NCBI GenBank assembly: GCA_023247055.1
Contig: JAHFHF010000007.1
Location: 2,186 to 66,185 of the forward strand
Direction of reading: 5' to 3'
Source: Candidatus Omnitrophota bacterium
Lineage (GTDB): Bacteria; Omnitrophota; Omnitrophia; Omnitrophales; Aquincolibacteriaceae
Length of the DNA stretch: 64,000 nt
Part shown: in pieces, positions 55,604 through 64,000 of the stretch
How the letters are laid out: each line of letters opens with the position of its first letter
Position numbering within the stretch: the first letter of the stretch is position 1
Program-made: the position numbers and the translations under genes
Notes under the pieces: model-generated
The model's database searches: none
Seen by the model: the letters and a program-made list of their open reading frames with translations, nothing else
Told to the model about the DNA's origin: nothing

Positions 55604-57172
55604 ATGAATAAAAAAGTTTACCTCTTGTCAGCCGTTCTGGCTTTGTCTGCAGGGCTCTGTTTTTATCTGCGCCTTTCCTTCGGCGGTCAGACTATCCGGC
55701 CCGAATTTGACCGCAAACTTTGGCGCATCGAGATCGGCATGAATGTCTCCGGCAAAGGCGAGCGCGCCAAAGTTCGCCTGACCCTGCCTAAAGATACCGA
55801 ACGCCAGACGGTCTATAATGAAAACTTTGAAAACGACGCCATGTCGTTTACGATCACCGAAAACGAGCGCACCAAAAACCGTATCGGCGTCTGGCAGATC
55901 GAAATCCTCGACGGCACTAAGAACCTCAAGTACACGCTTTCGGCCCAGCTTAAAAGCCAGACCTTTATCATTCCCCCGGATCTGACCCTGTCTCCTTTTC
56001 CAAGGGACAACGCGCCCCCCGAATTCCGTGTCTGGCTGGATCCGTCAGCCTATATTCAATCGGACAACAAAACCATCCGGCGCTACTTGAAAAAGGCCCT
56101 TGGCCGCGAGAAAAATGTGGACCGCGTCATGCACAGGCTCTTTGATTTCGTACGCGGCCAGGTCAATTATAAGACCACCAAGAAAAGCAAGGATGCTATT
56201 GAAACCCTAAAATCTTTAACAGCCGCTTGCGGCGGTCAAGCGCGGGCCTTAGCGGCTTTAAGCCGGGCCGCGGGCATTCCCTCGCGCGTAGTCGGAGGGT
56301 TGATTCTGGAGCCGGGTGTTAAGCAAATCACCCATGTCTGGGTTGAAAATTACATCGACGGCAAGTGGATCCCGTTTGATACGGTCAACAACCATTTCGC
56401 TTTTATTCCTGAGCACTATCTCGAACTTTATTGGGGCGATGTGGCTTTACTGCGCCACGTGGGGCTTTCCAAAATCGACTATTACTTCAACGTGGGTTAT
56501 GAAACCATGCCGCCGGTGGACCAGCCTTGGTCGCTTTATGTCATTCCGGTGCACTTTCACAATCTGACGAAGACCACCTTGCTGATCCCTATCGGCGCCC
56601 TGCTCGTGGCTATTTCACGCCTGATCATCGGCATCCCCACGTTCGGAACCTTCGGCCCCGTGCTGCTGGCCATTGCCTTTCAGGAAGTCTCGCTTGGGCC
56701 CGGCTTACTTTTTGTGTTCATAGTACTCAGCCTCAACTTGATGGTGCGCCGCCTGCTGGATTCTTTAAAAATCCTGATTATTCCCAAATTGGCAATCTTG
56801 GTCACCATGGTCGTCATTATTCTCATCAGCATTATGATGATCAGCGTCCAACTCGGCGAGAGGCGCATGCTCTATGTCTCAGTTTTTCCCATCATCATCA
56901 TGACCTGGATGACCGAGCGTTTCGCCGTGCTCCAAATCGAAGACGGCACCTTGGCCGCCCTCAAATCGTCTTTAGGCACAGTTTTTGTAGCCTGCTTGAC
57001 GTATTACACCATGGAACTTTCATTCCTGAAGGTTTACCTTTTTGCTTTTCCGGAATTGCTCCTGCTCAATATTGCGCTGCTGCTTCTACTCGGGCGCTAT
57101 ACCGGCATCCGCATCACCGAATTGCAGCGCTTCCGCGATTTACACAAAATCCACACCGCCAAGAAGCCATGA
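55604..57172 (+). CDS. transglutaminase-like domain fused to a 7TM domain
   Basis: AACGGQA..RAAGIPSRVVGG..THVWVE..WIPFD; C-terminal GIPTFGTFGP and FPELLL..LLLGRYTG 7TM motifs. Confidence 0.88.
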   Translation: MNKKVYLLSAVLALSAGLCFYLRLSFGGQTIRPEFDRKLWRIEIGMNVSGKGERAKVRLTLPKDTERQTVYNENFENDAMSFTITENERTKNRIGVWQIEILDGTKNLKYTLSAQLKSQTFIIPPDLTLSPFPRDNAPPEFRVWLDPSAYIQSDNKTIRRYLKKALGREKNVDRVMHRLFDFVRGQVNYKTTKKSKDAIETLKSLTAACGGQARALAALSRAAGIPSRVVGGLILEPGVKQITHVWVENYIDGKWIPFDTVNNHFAFIPEHYLELYWGDVALLRHVGLSKIDYYFNVGYETMPPVDQPWSLYVIPVHFHNLTKTTLLIPIGALLVAISRLIIGIPTFGTFGPVLLAIAFQEVSLGPGLLFVFIVLSLNLMVRRLLDSLKILIIPKLAILVTMVVIILISIMMISVQLGERRMLYVSVFPIIIMTWMTERFAVLQIEDGTLAALKSSLGTVFVACLTYYTMELSFLKVYLFAFPELLLLNIALLLLLGRYTGIRITELQRFRDLHKIHTAKKP

Positions 57173-58113
57173 GTTTTTTTCATCCTTTCCGCGACAACGG
57201 CATCCTCGGCATGAACCGCAGGAATGCCGATTACATCTTGAATTACAACCGCCGAAAATTTTATCCGCTGGTCGACGACAAACTCAAAACCAAGCAGCTG
57301 CTTGAAGAAAATGGCCTGCCCACGCCGGTGCTCTATTTTGAATTCCGCTATGAATTTGAATTGCGTTATATCCGCGAAATCAGACATCTAAAAAAATTCG
57401 CTATCAAACCCGCGCGCGGCGCTGAAGGCCGCGGCATTCTGGTCATCGCCGATAAATCGGACAAGGGCTGGCTAACGACAAGCGGCGAACTTTTGACGGC
57501 CGATGATATCGAATACCACGTTTCAAATATTCTGGCAGGACTTTATTCCCTCTCCGGCGTCGACGACCATGCTTTTATCGAATATTTCGTGCAGAGCCAT
57601 CCGGTCTTTCAGCCGTTTACTAAAAAAGGCGTGCCGGACATCCGTGTCATTCTCTACCGCGGCATACCGGTCATGTCGATGCTGCGCCTGCCCACGATCC
57701 AATCCAAAGGCAAGGCGAATCTGCATCAGGGAGCGGTGGGGGCGGGTGTCGATATGCTCAAAGGCATTACACTCGGCGGCGTGCATAAAAACCAACTTGT
57801 TGAAAAACATCCGGACACGCAAGCTGCGATTGCCGGGCATCAGATTCCCTTTTGGAATTACATCTTGGAAACTGCGGCAAAAACGCATGAGATTTTCAAA
57901 CTCGGCTATTTTGGCATCGACTTTGTCATCGACCGCCAGCTTGGCCCGCTCATTCTCGAACTCAATGCCCGTCCCGGCTTGAGCATTCAACTCGCCAACC
58001 GCCATGGCCTGCTGCCCCGACTCGCTGCTGTGGATCAACACAAGAACGTCGAATCCCTGCCCTACACTGACCGCCTGCAAATCGCAAAAGATATCCTGCG
58101 CCACGACCGCTAG
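57169..58113 (+). CDS. alpha-L-glutamate ligase-like ATP-grasp protein
   Basis: GILGMNRRN..YPLVDDKLKTK, GVPDIRV, KANLHQG, LELNARPGL; ATGA overlap sets the start at 57169. Confidence 0.92.
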   Translation: MSFFHPFRDNGILGMNRRNADYILNYNRRKFYPLVDDKLKTKQLLEENGLPTPVLYFEFRYEFELRYIREIRHLKKFAIKPARGAEGRGILVIADKSDKGWLTTSGELLTADDIEYHVSNILAGLYSLSGVDDHAFIEYFVQSHPVFQPFTKKGVPDIRVILYRGIPVMSMLRLPTIQSKGKANLHQGAVGAGVDMLKGITLGGVHKNQLVEKHPDTQAAIAGHQIPFWNYILETAAKTHEIFKLGYFGIDFVIDRQLGPLILELNARPGLSIQLANRHGLLPRLAAVDQHKNVESLPYTDRLQIAKDILRHDR

Positions 58114-58120
58114 AAGAAAC

Positions 58121-58247
58121 TCGTGATGAGCGGTGATGAGTGATTGGTGACTGGTGATTAGTGGCTGATAAAAGGAGCCGCTACGCGGCATTAAATGTCA
58201 CGCAGTGACACATCCACCAATCACTAATCACCAGTCACTAATCACTT
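58121..58247. repeat. inverted heptamer-array element (TGGTGAT / ATCACCA)
   Basis: CGGTGAT GAGTGAT TGGTGAC TGGTGAT TAGTGGC ... CCAATCA CTAATCA CCAGTCA CTAATCA CT. Confidence 0.8.
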
Positions 58248-58251
58248 TCTT

Positions 58252-59004
58252 TTAGCGCTGTTTCAAGCGCGCCAGGACGCTGTCAAGATCGTCGGGCAGG
58301 AGATCGGTGATTTCGATATTTTTACCGGTGATGGGGTGCTTGAAAGCCAGGCGGAAGGCGTGCAGGAAAAGGCGTTTCAGGCCGGCCTCTTTTTTCAAAC
58401 GGCGGTTAAGCGTAAAGCGGCCGTAAATTTCATCGCCGGCGACCGGCAGATCACGGTAAGACGACTGCACGCGGATCTGGTGCGTGCGGCCGCTAACCAG
58501 CCTGACTTGGGCCAGTGTCAAAGGCTCGCCGGCATGCACGTAGGTTTCCTTGGCTTCATAATGCAGTTCGGCATTGGGTTTTCCCGACCGCAGCACGAAA
58601 GCGCGCACCTTGCCTTCAGCGCGTTTCTCATCCAGCGCATCACGCCATGTGCCTTTGGACGGCCGCAAAATGCCTGCGAATAAAACCACATAATCTTTCT
58701 CGATTTGGTGCTCTTCGAAAATCTTGCGTAATTTCTGCATCGTTACGGCATCCTTAGCGGCAAGTAAAATACCTGAGGCATCCTGATCCAGCCGGTGGAT
58801 CAGCCATAAAGGCCCGGCGGGTGTCTCAAACCGCCGCTCCGACAGATCATAGGGCCCTTCAAAAGCACTGTTCTGCCCGGGGACACCACGCGGGGTATTG
58901 GGATGCGAGAGAACTCCGGCGGGTTTGTGCACGGCCAAAATCTGGGCATCCTGGTAAAGGACGGGACAAGCGGTCAGCTTGGAAGACGGCGGGAGTACGC
59001 TCAT
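58252..59004 (-). CDS. RluA-family pseudouridine synthase
   Basis: HKPAG, HRLDQDASG, GRTHQIRV, GDEIYG, LFLHA. Confidence 0.93.
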   Translation of the reverse strand: MSVLPPSSKLTACPVLYQDAQILAVHKPAGVLSHPNTPRGVPGQNSAFEGPYDLSERRFETPAGPLWLIHRLDQDASGILLAAKDAVTMQKLRKIFEEHQIEKDYVVLFAGILRPSKGTWRDALDEKRAEGKVRAFVLRSGKPNAELHYEAKETYVHAGEPLTLAQVRLVSGRTHQIRVQSSYRDLPVAGDEIYGRFTLNRRLKKEAGLKRLFLHAFRLAFKHPITGKNIEITDLLPDDLDSVLARLKQR

Positions 59005-60671
59005 ACGCGCGAAACGGCCCGGCCGCCGCGTACCGCGATCATGGCTTCTTGGATCAAAAGCAGCGCCAACGCGCAAAGTAAAAGGGCCGTGACAGAAACA
59101 GCGTCAAAAATCACACGCCCGTGCACAAGCTGCACGATAAAGGGCTGAACCATGAGGCCCAAAGACCAAAGAGTCATCATCATCATAAATCCCATGGGAA
59201 TGGCGCTGATCAGCCAAGGTTTTCCGGATTTGGCCAGCCAGACCGAAAGCATCATCAGCGTGAGCGCCGCTAAAAGCTGGTTGGACGTGCCGAAAAGCGT
59301 CCAAAAAACTTTCCAGGCCGGAATCACTTGGCCGGCCGTATCCGTCACTTTCAACGAGACACACAAAAATGGAATCAGCAGGCTGGCCAGCGTGGCCAGC
59401 ACAATGCCACGGCGGCCTTTCCACCCTGTGAGTTCCTGAAAAATATGGCGGGCCAGGCGCGTGGCAACATCCAGCGTATCGTAAATAAACGTCGTAAACG
59501 CGAGCAGCGCAAAAGAGCGCGCAAAGTCGCGCGGAATACCAAGATGCTGCACAAACTGACTCAGTCCCTCGGCATAAATGCGGTCGGGCCCCAGGCCCGT
59601 TAGAGGACTCCCTTTGGCTAAGATCATGACCGTCGAAAGAGCCAGCACCGCCACAAGACCTTCGAGCAGCATACCGCCATATCCCACCGCACGGCAGTCT
59701 GTTTCTTTGGCGATTTGCTTCGACGTCGTGCCCGAACACACAATGCCGTGAAATCCTGAACATGCGCCGCAGGCCACGGTCACAAAAAGCAGCGGAAAAA
59801 GCGGCAGGCCTTTAGGATTGGTCCATCCGGTGAACGCCGGATAAATAATTTTTTCACCACCGAGAAATAATCCAGCAAGTCCCGCAGCAAGCACGGCGTA
59901 AAGAAAAAATCCGCCCAGATAGCCGCGCGGCTGCAGCAGCAGCCAAACGGGTATGACGGAAGCCGCGAAACAATAAAACAGGAGCAGGTAATTCCAGAGC
60001 TGCCCCTCGGACAGGCCGGCGAGGGCAGGTAAATGAAACGGAATCGATTGTCCGTACCAGATTCCAAGACCTACCAGCGGCAGGAAAATCAAAGTCGCCC
60101 ACAGCACTGGCATTTTAAAAAAACGCAGGCAAATGCCCATAGCGAGCCCTAAAAACAAATACAGCATGGACGACGTTGCCACGCCTCCGCCCAATTCCGG
60201 CGACGTGAAAGAACTGCTCGTCAGGTCCGCAAAAGCAATGATGACATAGATGAGCGAAATCCAGACGAAGAAAAGAAAAAGAAGGTACCCGCGGCGGCCG
60301 AAGAAAATATGCACCATTTCAACCACGGATTTTGCGCGATGGCGCACGGAACCCACCATGCTCGAAAAATCGTGCACGGCCCCGAAAAAAATCGCCCCTA
60401 GAATCACCCACAAAAGCACGGGGCCCCAGCCAAACCAAACACCGGCCAGAACCGGACCGACGATAGGACCGGCCGCGGCAATGGCCGAAAAATGCTGCCC
60501 TAAAAGAAAACCTTTTGGCGTAGGGACATAATCGACGCCGTCATTGATTTCACAAGCCGGCGTCTTGGAATCGGAAGATAAATTCATGAAACGGCCTAAA
60601 AAACGGCCGTAAGTCAGGTAGGCGGTCAGGAAACAGCTGCCGGCAATCAGGACGATCCAATAGGCGCTCAT
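59001..60671 (-). CDS. cstA: carbon starvation protein A family transporter
   Basis: DGVDYVP..GQHFSAIAAAGPIVGP, ACGACSGFH, GTSNQLLA. Confidence 0.92.
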   Translation of the reverse strand: MSAYWIVLIAGSCFLTAYLTYGRFLGRFMNLSSDSKTPACEINDGVDYVPTPKGFLLGQHFSAIAAAGPIVGPVLAGVWFGWGPVLLWVILGAIFFGAVHDFSSMVGSVRHRAKSVVEMVHIFFGRRGYLLFLFFVWISLIYVIIAFADLTSSSFTSPELGGGVATSSMLYLFLGLAMGICLRFFKMPVLWATLIFLPLVGLGIWYGQSIPFHLPALAGLSEGQLWNYLLLFYCFAASVIPVWLLLQPRGYLGGFFLYAVLAAGLAGLFLGGEKIIYPAFTGWTNPKGLPLFPLLFVTVACGACSGFHGIVCSGTTSKQIAKETDCRAVGYGGMLLEGLVAVLALSTVMILAKGSPLTGLGPDRIYAEGLSQFVQHLGIPRDFARSFALLAFTTFIYDTLDVATRLARHIFQELTGWKGRRGIVLATLASLLIPFLCVSLKVTDTAGQVIPAWKVFWTLFGTSNQLLAALTLMMLSVWLAKSGKPWLISAIPMGFMMMMTLWSLGLMVQPFIVQLVHGRVIFDAVSVTALLLCALALLLIQEAMIAVRGGRAVSRV

Positions 60672-60683
60672 GGGGAGAATAAT

Positions 60684-60726
60684 ATCGTAGATAGTGGATC
60701 GTGAACAACGATCCACTATCTACGAT
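60684..60726. repeat. 19-bp perfect inverted repeat with 7-bp periodicity
   Basis: ATCGTAG ATAGTGG ATCGT-gaaca-ACGAT CCACTAT CTACGAT. Confidence 0.8.
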
Positions 60727-60733
60727 CCACGTT

Positions 60734-62965
<2,232 letters not shown>

Positions 62966-63073
62966 AACCCTCCTTTATATCGTTCTGATAGTTCCGGCCG
63001 CTCCTTAGAAAGCCGCCGAAAATGAATAATGGCTTAAACTGCGGTAAGCCGCAGGGACAGTCTCCCCCAAGGC

Positions 63074-64000
63074 TCAGATTTCGTGCTTCTGCTTGCCTAT
63101 GATTATCGAAATAATCACGGAAAACATGAGGATGCTTCCAATAATACTCAAAGAGACCCCGATCGGGATATGGACATAGTGGCTGATGCCCATCTTAACC
63201 CCCACAAAAATCAAAATAGCGCCCAGGCCATAATGCAGGTAGTGAAAAAGCTGCATCACGCTGTTAAGCGCGAAGAACAGCGAGCGCAGCCCTAGAATGG
63301 CAAAGATGTTGGAAGTATAAATAATAAACGGATCGGAAGAAATGGATAATACGGCAGGAATGGAGTCGATGGCAAAAATAATGTCCGTTGTTTCAATAAC
63401 GATCAGGACGATAAAAAGCGGCGTGGCCCACACGCGGGCATCCCGCTTTACAAAAAAACTCTCGCCTTCATAGCCGGAAGTCACGGGCATGAGCCGCCGG
63501 AAGAATTTAACCACCGGGTTGTGGTCCGGATGCACGTCTTTTTCGTCGTCCAAAAAAAGCTTGGCCCCGGTATAAATCAGAAAAGCCCCAAAAAGGTAAG
63601 TGATCCATTCGAAGCGGTGGATGAGCGCCACGCCCGCAAAGATAAAGATCGCGCGCAGAACAAGCGCGCCCAAAATGCCCCAGAAAAGGACCTTATGCTG
63701 GGCGTGAGCGGGAACTTTGAAGTAAGAAAAAACCAACAAAAAAACGAAAAGATTGTCAACGCTGAGCGATTCTTCCAGCACGTAGCCCGCCAAAAATTGC
63801 ATGCCGTGGTTGGCGCCCTGAACTTTCCAAACTCCGGCACAAAAGGCCATCGCCAGGCCGACCCAGAAAGCGGTCCACCCCAATGCCTCGCTCAGGCGCA
63901 TTGGACGGTTTTCTTTGTGCAGCCACTTCAGGTCCACCCAAAGCATTAAAATAACAAATGCGTTAAATAAACCCCAGGCTATCCATTCCGTCTGTGTCAT
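63074..64000 (-). CDS. TerC/Alx family membrane protein
   Basis: EESLSVDNLFVF, DIIFAIDSIPA, SNIFAILGLRSLFF; ATG at the window edge. Confidence 0.93.
   Translation of the reverse strand: MTQTEWIAWGLFNAFVILMLWVDLKWLHKENRPMRLSEALGWTAFWVGLAMAFCAGVWKVQGANHGMQFLAGYVLEESLSVDNLFVFLLVFSYFKVPAHAQHKVLFWGILGALVLRAIFIFAGVALIHRFEWITYLFGAFLIYTGAKLFLDDEKDVHPDHNPVVKFFRRLMPVTSGYEGESFFVKRDARVWATPLFIVLIVIETTDIIFAIDSIPAVLSISSDPFIIYTSNIFAILGLRSLFFALNSVMQLFHYLHYGLGAILIFVGVKMGISHYVHIPIGVSLSIIGSILMFSVIISIIIGKQKHEI

Noticed and set aside
56527-57168. N-terminal 214 aa of the 528-aa ORF
   Set aside because: Overlaps the 7TM gene out of frame; ligase motifs begin at the ATGA-coupled start 57169.

Overview
Bacterial genomic window of moderate-to-high GC. 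Its gene content (giant signal-peptide ORF, groEL-groES-groEL, SWIB protein) suggests a PVC-group organism, probably Candidatus Omnitrophota; this is inference. Positions 1-18 kb and 42-64 kb are mostly housekeeping genes: rpsR/ssb/rpsF, pth, rplY, prs, glmU, sugar ABC permeases, clpX, tRNA-Gln, ispE, a bS22-like peptide, hisG, tsaD, gatCAB, rlmH, HDAC, tsaB, alr, birA, coaX, CIRCE-groEL-groES-groEL, SulP, a transglutaminase/ATP-grasp pair, cstA, hppA and terC. The main feature is a 23.9-kb, 7954-aa ORF (18337-42201, -). It is divided into modules by 17 copies of an RSE[MVIL]R-type pentapeptide that is conserved as peptide but varies in its codons. It starts with a signal peptide and a TraB/Tiki/ChaN-like domain, and carries SNF2, RNAP alpha-CTD, HTH-like, DHH-like and membrane modules. 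Four modules are foreign-looking cassettes read backwards by the giant frame. On the + strand they hold small genes with RBS, three of them with a sigma70-like promoter: three 'two-TM protein + basic single-TM peptide' sets and one antitoxin + PIN-toxin operon cut at the motif. This looks like a polyprotein or cassette array with nested antisense operons. A second candidate system is a family of inverted 7-bp-periodic arrays, one enclosing a four-helix-bundle gene between gatA and gatB and several empty. All calls come from reading motifs by eye; no database searches were run.
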